From Candidatus Poribacteria bacterium (GTDB lineage Bacteria; Poribacteria; WGA-4E; WGA-3G): 64,000 nt of DNA. The translations under genes and the position numbers were made by a program. The notes beneath the pieces are model-generated. The model did not search any database and was not told the DNA's origin. It worked only from the letters and a program-made list of their open reading frames with translations. The stretch is from NCBI GenBank assembly GCA_028824125.1, contig JAPPES010000080.1, positions 580-64,579 on the forward strand, written 5' to 3'. Shown in pieces: positions 28,112-36,508 of the stretch. Position 1 is the stretch's first letter. Every line of letters begins with the position of its first letter.

Positions 28112-29568
28112 GCAATACCCTCTCTCCAAATGATCAAGTTAGAGTCCGTATGGCACCGTCTCCCACCGGCTACTTACACATCGGCGGCGCGCGAACGGCT
28201 CTCTTCAATTGGCTGTTTGCCAAACACCATAACGGCAAATTTATCCTCCGAATCGACGATACGGACACGGCACGTTCCACTGATGAATCCATGCACGAGA
28301 TTTACGATGCGTTGAAGTGGTTGAGCATCAATTGGGACGAACATTATGTCCAGTCAGAACGGAGAAATGTCTATGACAGGTACGTCAAGCAATTGCTTGA
28401 AAGCGGCAATGCCTACCACTGCTACTGCACACCTGAAGAACTTGAAGAAATCCGCGCACAGGCTCGTGCCAATAAACAGACCCGTTCCTACGATAGAAGG
28501 TGCCGAAATTTGACGCCTGAAGACGTAGACCGCTTTGTCGCCGAGGGCAGAAAACCGACCGTGCGCATAAAAATGCCCGACATACCAATTCACGTCAATG
28601 ACCTTATTCTCGGTTCACGTAACATTGATCCAGCTACCCTTGAAGACGAGGTGATTGTCCGTTCAAATGGCATGCCGAACTACAATCTCACCTCTATCAT
28701 TGACGATGCAGAGATGCAGATAACGCATGTCATCCGAGGAACAGAACATCTCAATAACACTCCGAAACAGATTGCGATTGCGAATGCGCTTGATCTGAAA
28801 CTTCCCCAATTCGCACACATACCACTCGTGCTTGATGATACTGGAAGAAAACTCAGCAAACGTCACCACGGTGATCTTGTCGCAGTCAACCGCTATCGTG
28901 AGCAGGGGTATCTACCCGAAGCGATGCTCAATTTCGTTGTGAGACTCGGTTGGTCCTATGACGATAAACAGGAAATCTTTTCTGTTGATGAATTGATTGA
29001 AAAATTTGACCTTGCACGGGTCGGCAAAAGTGGTAGTGTGTTTGATATCAAGAAATTAGAGTGGCTCAACTCTCACTATATTAACCAGCTTGATGTATCG
29101 GCACGCACAGACGCAGTAATACCGTTCTGGAAACAAGAAGGTTTGGTAGATTCTACTACAAACCGCGATTGGTTGGAAAACATTGTGGAAGCAGTAGGTG
29201 AACGTCTTACAACATTCCAAGATATTGTTCCACAAACTCGCTATTTCTTTACGGATGATTTTGAGTATGAGTCGAAAGCCGTTAAAAAATGGTGGGGAGG
29301 TTCAGACGAAAAGAAGCAAAAAACCCGTGAGATACTTACAAATCTTGGGCAGATTTTAGAAAAAATCCCTACTTTCGACGTGGAAACGATTGAGTCAGCA
29401 ATTTGGAAATACACTGATGAAAACGACATCAAACGTGTCGCGGCAATGCAGGCATTGCGAATCGCGCTGACAGGAACATCGTTCGGCCCGAGTCTCTTTG
29501 ATATTGTCCTGCTGCTCGGCCAAGATGAAGTTTTCAAGCGGATTCAAAGGGCAATAACTTGCCTATAA
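28108..29568 (+). CDS. gltX: Glutamate--tRNA ligase
   Basis: [39 protein letters not shown]...ILRIDDTD is the GluRS N-terminus. The ATG at 28108 overlaps the glnS stop as ATGA. The track start at 28015 lies inside glnS in another frame. Confidence 0.9.
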   Translation: MSNTLSPNDQVRVRMAPSPTGYLHIGGARTALFNWLFAKHHNGKFILRIDDTDTARSTDESMHEIYDALKWLSINWDEHYVQSERRNVYDRYVKQLLESGNAYHCYCTPEELEEIRAQARANKQTRSYDRRCRNLTPEDVDRFVAEGRKPTVRIKMPDIPIHVNDLILGSRNIDPATLEDEVIVRSNGMPNYNLTSIIDDAEMQITHVIRGTEHLNNTPKQIAIANALDLKLPQFAHIPLVLDDTGRKLSKRHHGDLVAVNRYREQGYLPEAMLNFVVRLGWSYDDKQEIFSVDELIEKFDLARVGKSGSVFDIKKLEWLNSHYINQLDVSARTDAVIPFWKQEGLVDSTTNRDWLENIVEAVGERLTTFQDIVPQTRYFFTDDFEYESKAVKKWWGGSDEKKQKTREILTNLGQILEKIPTFDVETIESAIWKYTDENDIKRVAAMQALRIALTGTSFGPSLFDIVLLLGQDEVFKRIQRAITCL

Positions 29569-29752
29569 TCTTCAATTGGATGGTTCTGTACTATTTTTAT
29601 TCTTCAAAATAACAACATTTCATGGTATACTATATAGGTAGCAAACTAAGAGTCTATCTTGAAACGATGGTTATCAGTTATTTAGTAGCTCGATCAAGCA
29701 ACAATGTAAAGGTAGCATCTTGCAACAGATAACACGGTAGTTTGGAAGAACT

Positions 29753-29998
29753 ATGCATAACAATTTACATTTTGTCAAAGCATTATGTGATTTAATCGAC
29801 TTCATGAGCCAAAACGAAAACCACATGCCAGTTCCATTGAGAGAGATGGAATATCAACAACTTGCTTCACGGTTAGACGATCTATTGGATATCGTTGATG
29901 GAGAAGAAAATCATCCCTTGGCACCTTTGATGCATTTCGTTGGTACACTCATTAAAAATTATAAAAATGAGCACATTCCAAAACTGGTAGAACTTTAA
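29753..29998 (+). CDS. Small hypothetical protein resembling the N-terminal (toxin-binding) half of HigA-family antitoxins; no HTH
   Basis: 81 aa. ...LREMEYQQLASRLDDLLDIVDGEENHPLAPLMHFVGTLIKNYKNEHIP resembles the E. coli HigA N-terminal region (..NEEQYTQALELVDHLL.NDPENPLLDLV...WEE..). The ORF stops 28 nt before a MITE family 3 copy. Confidence 0.4.
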   Translation: MHNNLHFVKALCDLIDFMSQNENHMPVPLREMEYQQLASRLDDLLDIVDGEENHPLAPLMHFVGTLIKNYKNEHIPKLVEL

Positions 29999-30025
29999 CG
30001 CCAATCTATAAGGACATGCATAACG

Positions 30026-30229
30026 ATTTATAGTGAAATCCGAAAATATGTGGGCATCTTAATGAAAAACAATCCCAACACGCTCGCGCTGGCGAGGCGG
30101 GGAATCATGGCGAACACCTTATGCGTATTCGCCTAAATGGCAAGGTCCCATAGCGATAGCGTGTGGGGAGACTACCGTTGATTTCTTCCGAACCTCATCA
30201 ATGTCCAGGTAATTGTGGTTTTACTATAT
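30026..30229. mobile_element. MITE family 3 copy (TIRs TTATAGTGAAATC / GGTTTTACTATA, extended core)
   Basis: Shares the core ctggcgaggcggggaatcatggcgaa...ccgttgatttcttcc with family 2 copies at 25657 and 35645. Confidence 0.7.
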
Positions 30230-30272
30230 GAGATAGACTGTAGATATTTCGGATATTTGCGGTAAGTTCAGT

Positions 30273-30641
30273 CTAATTATTTTTCCATATCCATCGCGTC
30301 ACCTTAGAGAAAAACGGACGATGCTTTGCTACAAAATGATAGATTGCTTCAGACAAAGGCGCGAACCCCGGAAGAGTATAGTAACACCAAAGAAGGAAAC
30401 GGTTATTTAGAGCGCGTAAGACTGCCACCGCACCAGAAAAAACCTGTCCATTTTCTAATATAAACTGCACTGAAGACTGGAAAGCTGAAAGTGGAATCTC
30501 TGGAAATTGCGGAGCCACTTCTTGATAGGGAGCATAGTCTATACGATCTTTCGTGATATGGCGCCACCGAGCAATCCAATATCGGCAAAAATCGCAGTCG
30601 TTATCGTAAACAAGAAGCGGTTTGCTAACTTGTGATTGCAT
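30273..30641 (-). CDS. DCC-family thiol-disulfide oxidoreductase (DUF393)
   Basis: 122 aa. LLVYDNDCDFCRYWIARW matches the conserved YDGxCxLC motif of DUF393/DCC proteins. Confidence 0.75.
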   Translation of the reverse strand: MQSQVSKPLLVYDNDCDFCRYWIARWRHITKDRIDYAPYQEVAPQFPEIPLSAFQSSVQFILENGQVFSGAVAVLRALNNRFLLWCYYTLPGFAPLSEAIYHFVAKHRPFFSKVTRWIWKNN

Positions 30642-30653
30642 CTGTATAAAGGA

Positions 30654-31883
30654 TCAGTTCCATGCACGATGAATTTTGGTGATTGCATCGACCACTTGGT
30701 CCATATCCGATTCAGAACTGAGGAGAAGATTCTGGAAAAGCCACACGCTCTGTTCACAAACTAATTCAGCATTTGGACACGGTAATGAACGGACAAGGTG
30801 CGGATATTTCTCAGCGACGTGTGCCATGCCGGGTTCCTCCGAAAGCGGAGAACGATAACCGATAGAACACGGTATTCCTTCTGCTGACAATGCATTGACA
30901 AATTCCTGTCGAGATTTTCCTCCGAAACCTGCTGGACTATACTTCATGCAGTACAAGTGATACCCATGTTTTGTAACCCACGTAGCAAGTTTCGGAGGTG
31001 TGATACCGGGTATCGTTTCCAACGCGTTGGAAAGGTAGGCAGCATTTCGATTCCTGAGGTCTGTTTGTGCTTCCAGAAGCTCCAATCTCACCGACAGTAT
31101 CGCTGCAAGATATTCAGAGGGGCGATAATTCCAGCCGAGTCGAGGGTATTCCCATCTTGCCCCACCGGGCGCACGACCCACATTCATAAAGGCACAAACC
31201 CGGTCATGAATGTCTTTATCGTCTGTGGTAACCATGCCACCTTCACCCGAAGTAAGATTTTTGGATGCTTGAAAACTAAATGCACCAACATCGCTAAGGC
31301 TACCAACCTTTTTTGTCTGGTATTCGGCACCGTGTGCTTGCGCACAATCTTCAATAATCTTGAGTTGATGCCGCTGCGCAATTTCTTGTAATGCCCCCAT
31401 ATCAGCAGGATGTCCACCGAGGTGTACAGGAAGAATCGCGCGGGTTTCTGGACTAATCGCAGTCTCCACTGCTTTAGTATCAATCGTAAACGTATCAGGG
31501 CAAACATCTACAAACGCTACGGTGCATCTACGTTCTAAGACTGCACTTGCAGTTGCTACGAATGTATAGTTCGGGACGATGACTTCTCCACCTTCACTGA
31601 ACCCGTCAAGGTCAAGTGCGCCTGCCAAAGCAGCACTAATAGAATCCGTCCCGTGCGGCATGAAAAGGGCGTAATTTGTCCCAGTATATTGGGCATACTG
31701 TTCACAAAAACGCGGTATCATTGCGCCACCGCTGCCTTCGCTACCACTCATATACACATCACGAAACAGTGGCTCAATCTTAGATTCCCATTCATCCGAT
31801 GTCCGTATCGGCCAGGACGGCCACGGGTGCGTTTTTATATTTCGTACAGGCTCACCGCCTGAAATTGCTAACTGATTGGACAT
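30654..31883 (-). CDS. DegT/DnrJ/EryC1/StrS-family PLP-dependent sugar aminotransferase
   Basis: 409 aa. ...AFSFQASKNLTSGEGGMVTTDD... has the PLP-lysine loop of the DegT family. ...AILPVHLGGHPADM... fits. Confidence 0.85.
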   Translation of the reverse strand: MSNQLAISGGEPVRNIKTHPWPSWPIRTSDEWESKIEPLFRDVYMSGSEGSGGAMIPRFCEQYAQYTGTNYALFMPHGTDSISAALAGALDLDGFSEGGEVIVPNYTFVATASAVLERRCTVAFVDVCPDTFTIDTKAVETAISPETRAILPVHLGGHPADMGALQEIAQRHQLKIIEDCAQAHGAEYQTKKVGSLSDVGAFSFQASKNLTSGEGGMVTTDDKDIHDRVCAFMNVGRAPGGARWEYPRLGWNYRPSEYLAAILSVRLELLEAQTDLRNRNAAYLSNALETIPGITPPKLATWVTKHGYHLYCMKYSPAGFGGKSRQEFVNALSAEGIPCSIGYRSPLSEEPGMAHVAEKYPHLVRSLPCPNAELVCEQSVWLFQNLLLSSESDMDQVVDAITKIHRAWN

Positions 31884-31936
31884 GTGAAACTCCGATGGCT
31901 CATGTCAAGAATAAGTGCGTTGGACAAGTTTTAATA

Positions 31937-32053
31937 TAATACCATTTCTGATATATAATGTCTCTTTTTTGTAGCATAAACTTTCCAGTTTGTGCCACAT
32001 TTCGCTTCATTTCTAACAACCGCTAATGGACAGAAATTGATAGAAATGGTATA
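31937..32053. mobile_element. MITE family 5 copy (TIRs AATACCATTTCTGATA / TAGAAATGGTATA) carrying a P palindrome at its centre
   Basis: taataccatttctgat...tgtagcataaactttccagtttgtgccaca...agaaatggtataaac. The same architecture occurs at 38367-38482. Confidence 0.6.
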
Positions 32054-32204
32054 AACTCAACAGTGACAGACTTGATATTAATAGCAAATTCACAGATAGT
32101 AATATATCCTGCGAGGAACTTCTTATGAACACCGCGAAATGGGCGGAGAAAGTTGCGGAGCGTTGATTCACCGTCGGAAAAAGATAAATCCCGTTAATTT
32201 GGTA

Positions 32205-32417
32205 TTAGTCATCATCTTCAATTGAAAATTCGATTACCTGGGCAATCTTTTTTAACTTCTCTCTTGGTGTGATTATACCTATAATAGCAAATACAATAAT
32301 ACCTGAAGCTGCAATAACAAAAAATAGAACCCCGATAACTGCAAACACTATAGTGACAGCAGCTAAAACCAGAAGTGCCAGAACAGCTAAACCTGTTACT
32401 TTCAATGCTTTTCCCAT
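32205..32417 (-). CDS. Small two-TM membrane protein, hypothetical
   Basis: 70 aa, VTGLAVLALLVLAAVTIVFAVIGVLFFVIAASGIIVFAIIGII. AGGAAGGG RBS-like sequence 8 nt upstream. There is no antisense alternative. Confidence 0.35.
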   Translation of the reverse strand: MGKALKVTGLAVLALLVLAAVTIVFAVIGVLFFVIAASGIIVFAIIGIITPREKLKKIAQVIEFSIEDDD

Positions 32418-32497
32418 AAAATTCCCTTCCTATCTACTGTAGTATATTTGCAAGTCTATTGTCAATTAAAGTTAAATATCAGTTCGCGTAAGAGCCT

Positions 32498-33529
32498 TCA
32501 CATCCACCGCTGCATTTTTTTATGAAGTTTCGGACTGTCCTGAACTGATCGGTTCACAATCCACGTTGGCATTTGCCCTGAGGCAACGGCGATAATACTT
32601 TCACATGCGCTCCTACCGTTACCTTCAAAACACTCATCTGTCCAGCAAATACTGTGCGGGGTAACGATAACGTTATCCAAACTTAAAAGCGGATCATCAT
32701 CACTAATCGGCTCCTGCTCAAAGACATCAAGTCCTGCACCTTGAATGCGTCCGTCTTGAAGTGCCTCAGTAAGTGCCTTTTGGTCAACAATTGGCCCGCG
32801 TGCAGTGTTTATCAGGTATGCAGTCGGTTTCATCAGTCCGATATATCTCGCATCAACGAGTCCTCGCGTGTCTTCTGTCAACGGGCAGCAGACACAGACA
32901 AAATCAGCCGTTCGCATTAAGGTCCCCAAGTCTACTATTTCTGCATTGACTTCAGCAGCATCAGCTGGTTTGATGTATGGATCAAAGGTAATATGACGCA
33001 TGCCGAAAGGCTTTGCCAGTTTGAATGTTTCTTTTCCGATATTGCCCATCCCGACAAGACCGAGCGTTCTCCCGACTAACCCCATGCCCATATAATCTTT
33101 GGTATCTGTCCATCTACCGGTCCGGGTGAGTCGGTCTTTTATCAGTAACTGATGGCTTAGGGACAGGACAAAAGTGAGGATGGAGGTAGCAACAGGGCGG
33201 CGCACCCCATCTGGTGCAATTGTCAGTAAAACCCCGTTTTCAGTGCAGGCTTCCACATCTACCTTATCGTATCCGACTCCGAACCGTGCTACGATAGCCA
33301 ATCTGTCAACACCTATGAACGTTTCCGCTGTAATGCCCACGCCTAATACTAAAAGAGCGTCGTAATCTTTCACTTGTGCAGCGGTTAATGTCGGTGTATT
33401 TTCGGCAATATATTCCCAATATAAACCTGCTGCATCAAATAACGGGGCGGCGATGTTGTCTAAATCAGAACTTCCATCAGGTTTCAGGAAGTCGCGCGTG
33501 ATCCCCACGCGAAATTCGGGTTTTGACAT
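32498..33529 (-). CDS. D-isomer-specific 2-hydroxyacid dehydrogenase (NAD-dependent)
   Basis: 343 aa. ...GRTLGLVGMGNIGKETFKLAKPFGM... is the GxGxxG of the D-2-HADH family. Catalytic R/E/H context: ...INTARGPIVD...IVTPHS... Confidence 0.85.
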   Translation of the reverse strand: MSKPEFRVGITRDFLKPDGSSDLDNIAAPLFDAAGLYWEYIAENTPTLTAAQVKDYDALLVLGVGITAETFIGVDRLAIVARFGVGYDKVDVEACTENGVLLTIAPDGVRRPVATSILTFVLSLSHQLLIKDRLTRTGRWTDTKDYMGMGLVGRTLGLVGMGNIGKETFKLAKPFGMRHITFDPYIKPADAAEVNAEIVDLGTLMRTADFVCVCCPLTEDTRGLVDARYIGLMKPTAYLINTARGPIVDQKALTEALQDGRIQGAGLDVFEQEPISDDDPLLSLDNVIVTPHSICWTDECFEGNGRSACESIIAVASGQMPTWIVNRSVQDSPKLHKKMQRWM

Positions 33530-33630
33530 TTATTATTCCTAATTTAACGAGTTGTGCTAAATAACTGATTGTTCAATATTGTTTCACAATTAGATAACGT
33601 CCTGTTAGTTTTTATCGTTGGTTGGTTCCT

Positions 33631-33710
33631 TCTTTAGTCCCGTAGGGACGATATGTTTATAGAAAAACGTTGAATACCCTATCTTTAGTCCCGTAGGGAC
33701 GATATGTGTC
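33631..33710. repeat. MITE family 1 fragment (two direct hairpin arms only)
   Basis: ctttagtcccgtagggacgatatgtttatagaaaaacgttgaataccctatctttagtcccgtagggacgatatgt is identical to the left half of 52141-52405. A family 4 terminal fragment (tgtccgtagcaacttgagt) lies at 33806-33826. Confidence 0.6.
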
Positions 33711-33849
33711 CAACATAAAGTTCAATATATGTGAAAACAGGACAAACAAATAGTTAACTAACACAAGTCGTTAATTTAAAAATAGTATCTGCAGGCCTAA
33801 AATTTTGTCCGTAGCAACTTGAGTATATGTGCTTGAAAAATCCTTACAC

Positions 33850-35511
33850 CTACTCTGACGTAAGCGAAACATTGCGGAAGTATTTCCAATTCAACGGATG
33901 AAGTTTAAGATTCTTCACCTTTTTGTTAATAACTAAAATCTGTTTTGCGTGTGCTAATGGCACCCACGGCACATCTTCGTGAAAAATCTGTTGCGCTTGT
34001 TTGTAGAGGGCGGTGCGCTTCTCTTTTTCTGAGATTGCTCTTGCCTGTTCTAACACATTTTGCATCGCATCACTACGATAAAAAGCGATATTGCCTGCTG
34101 GTTTTTCCGCTGACGATTTACTCAAGAGAAAGTAAAAAAAGTTATCAGGGTCACCGAGGTCGGCACTCCAGCCAAGCATTGCCATGTCGTGTTCACCATT
34201 TTTGGTTTTCTCAAGATAGGTGCCCCAGTCATAAGTAACGATTTTCGTCTTAATCCCAACATTTCGGAGTTCAGACTGAAGCACTTCTGCAAGTGCACGC
34301 CCATCAGGAATATAGGGACGCGGAACGGGTAATGCCCAGAGGGTCGTTTCAAAACCGTTGGGATATCCTGCTTCAGCCAGAAGTTGTTTTGCCAATTTCG
34401 GATTGTAGTCGAAATCTTTAATTGTGTCGTCATAACTCCACATTGTCGGTGGAATTGGATTTTTCGCTGGGATGCCAAGCCCCTGATAAAGATGCTTAAT
34501 AATCTTGGATTTGTCAATAGCATGGTTAATTGCAAGTCTTACTTTCAGGTTATCTAACGGTGGTTTGTCCATGTTCATTGCTAAATAACCGATATTCGTT
34601 CCCGGCTGAGATAGCAACACAAGCGAGTCATCATCCTGAATTTGTTGCAAATCGTCTGGATTTGGGAACTCCATCGCATGGAGACCGCCCCGCTGAAGTT
34701 CAATGAGTCGCACAGCGTTATCTGGAATGGAACGGAAGATAACTCTATCTAACTTTGGTCGTCCGCCCCAATAGTTTTCGTTTGCCGCAAGCACAATTTT
34801 ATCACCTCTATCCCACTGAACAAACTTGAAGGGACCTGTGCCAACTGGATTATTAGAATATTCATCTCCGAATTCTTTAACCGCTGTAGGACTCACAATA
34901 GAAAAGGGAGTTATCGCAATGGTATAAATAAAGGGGCTATATGCTGTTTTAAGGTGAATTTGGATTGTAAACTCGTCAACAGCGATAATTTTATCCACAA
35001 TCCCTGCTAACCCGGTAGCAATCCAATAAACATAGCTACCACCAACATTGTGAAAGGGATGTGTTTTATCATGTTGTCGGTTAAGCGAAAAAAGAACCGC
35101 TTCAGCATTGAAAGGGGTGCCGTCATGGAAGGTTACGCCTTTCCGAAGGTAAAAAGTCCAAACTAAACCATCTTCTGAACTTTCCCAACTCGTCGCGAGT
35201 CCCGGTTCAATTTCAGTACTTCCATCTTTGTATTGAATGAGTGTGTCGTAGATGTTATCACAAACTTTGAAGGATTCTCCATCTTCTTCCAATGCCGGAT
35301 CTAATCCGACAGAGTCCCCACCACGCCCGAAAATAAAAGTGCCTCCCTTTGCGTGGGAATCGGCTTCTGCAGGCAAAGATAGCAAACTGATCGGGAACAC
35401 CAACGTTGATAATAGAAAAATTACCAGGGACGATTGTGGCAACAGATGCGTAATGTCGTCATTTATTGTAAGCCTTTGATTGAAAAAACACTTAAAAAGT
35501 TTCTTTGTCAT
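33850..35511 (-). CDS. ABC transporter substrate-binding protein, family 5 (peptide/nickel/opine type), orphan
   Basis: 553 aa with a signal peptide. ...GGTFIFGRGGDSVGLDPALEEDGESFKVCDNIYDTLI... is the SBP_bac_5 signature region. No permease or ATPase genes are adjacent. MITE-rich intergenic DNA lies on both sides. Confidence 0.85.
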   Translation of the reverse strand: MTKKLFKCFFNQRLTINDDITHLLPQSSLVIFLLSTLVFPISLLSLPAEADSHAKGGTFIFGRGGDSVGLDPALEEDGESFKVCDNIYDTLIQYKDGSTEIEPGLATSWESSEDGLVWTFYLRKGVTFHDGTPFNAEAVLFSLNRQHDKTHPFHNVGGSYVYWIATGLAGIVDKIIAVDEFTIQIHLKTAYSPFIYTIAITPFSIVSPTAVKEFGDEYSNNPVGTGPFKFVQWDRGDKIVLAANENYWGGRPKLDRVIFRSIPDNAVRLIELQRGGLHAMEFPNPDDLQQIQDDDSLVLLSQPGTNIGYLAMNMDKPPLDNLKVRLAINHAIDKSKIIKHLYQGLGIPAKNPIPPTMWSYDDTIKDFDYNPKLAKQLLAEAGYPNGFETTLWALPVPRPYIPDGRALAEVLQSELRNVGIKTKIVTYDWGTYLEKTKNGEHDMAMLGWSADLGDPDNFFYFLLSKSSAEKPAGNIAFYRSDAMQNVLEQARAISEKEKRTALYKQAQQIFHEDVPWVPLAHAKQILVINKKVKNLKLHPLNWKYFRNVSLTSE

Positions 35512-35644
35512 AAATCTCTCCGATGATCTAAAAGATATGTTTCATGATATAGGTATTTTTTTCAAATGTCAAGTCAATTATAGAAGGCGTGTAAAGTTTT
35601 TGGTACAGGACTTACCATTCCCCCTTGAATGAAGATAAAAAAAT

Positions 35645-35816
35645 AAATCGGTAATTTGGCAAGGTTAGGAAACCTCACCAGCGGGGGATCTTTTGCTGGC
35701 GAGGCGGGGAATCATGGCGAATACCATACGGGGAATGCCATACGCGCATTCATACCGTTGATTTGGCGTATTCGCCCAATGGCATTCATACCGTTGATTT
35801 CTTCCTAACCTCGCCT
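35645..35816. mobile_element. MITE family 2 copy with extended core
   Basis: aaataaatcggtaatttggcaaggttaggaaacctcacc...ctggcgaggcggggaatcatggcgaa...ccgttgatttcttcctaacctcgcc. Confidence 0.7.
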
Positions 35817-36112
35817 CTTGTCTGAATCGCGGAAAGCGCGGAGGACACGGAAAGGGGTTTGGCAAAATAAGTGCCTTTTCAAGAAATTGCCGCACATTTT
35901 GAAGAGGCGTTTGGGAGTCCCTTACACCCCTCCGCGTCTTCTGCGTCCTCCGTGCCCTCCGCGATTCAGACATAATGAAATCAGGGTAAAACCCCTCCGC
36001 CAAGAAAGAGCAACGGTTAGTGACAATAACTTTACACACCATAGGCGTCAATTTTAGAGAAATTGCGGATTATCTCTTGTTGGAGGGAAACTTCGTCCGC
36101 CCAATTTTCTTC

Positions 36113-36174
36113 TTGTAGGAGCGAGCTTCGCTCGCGACATCAGACGCAGGGTCGCGAGCGAAGCTCGCTCCTAC
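36113..36174. repeat. Perfect 25-bp inverted repeat with 12-nt loop (TGTAGGAGCGAGCTTCGCTCGCGAC...GTCGCGAGCGAAGCTCGCTCCTACA)
   Basis: Seen directly. It lies in the 1-kb gene-free region 35512-36508. That region also holds another compound palindrome at 35821-35975 (tctgaatcgcgga...tccgcgattcaga), a ccaaacgcgcgtttgg dyad at 36196-36211, and inverted copies of aactttacacacc..ggcgtcaatt at 36030 and 36250. Confidence 0.7.
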
Positions 36175-36508
36175 AGAATGTCCGAAGTGCCAAAGTCCAA
36201 ACGCGCGTTTGGCAATGAATTCGCGACTACGAACACTTATCTTCTTAAATTGACGCCTATGATGACAAAAACTTTACACACCCATAAAAGAAGGCCTGTC
36301 CAGTTTTAACATTAACTCACATTCATTCTTCAGACAAAAGGTGTATCTTTTCCGCTAAGAAATCGTTTTATTAGGGATAAGGTTTACACAAATTGAATAT
36401 AGTGTGACCTATTTGAGATGCAAAATCGAAATTATCGTGAAAACCGTCCTCGCTTCATCCACGAGGTTGAAGAAACGGGGTGCGAACAATTTTATTCGTG
36501 AATGAATT

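Noticed and set aside
35665-36057. ORFs 35665..36051 (-) and 35818..36057 (+)
   Set aside because: They lie entirely within palindromic repeat elements. Their translations are Arg/Pro-rich and mirror each other on opposite strands.
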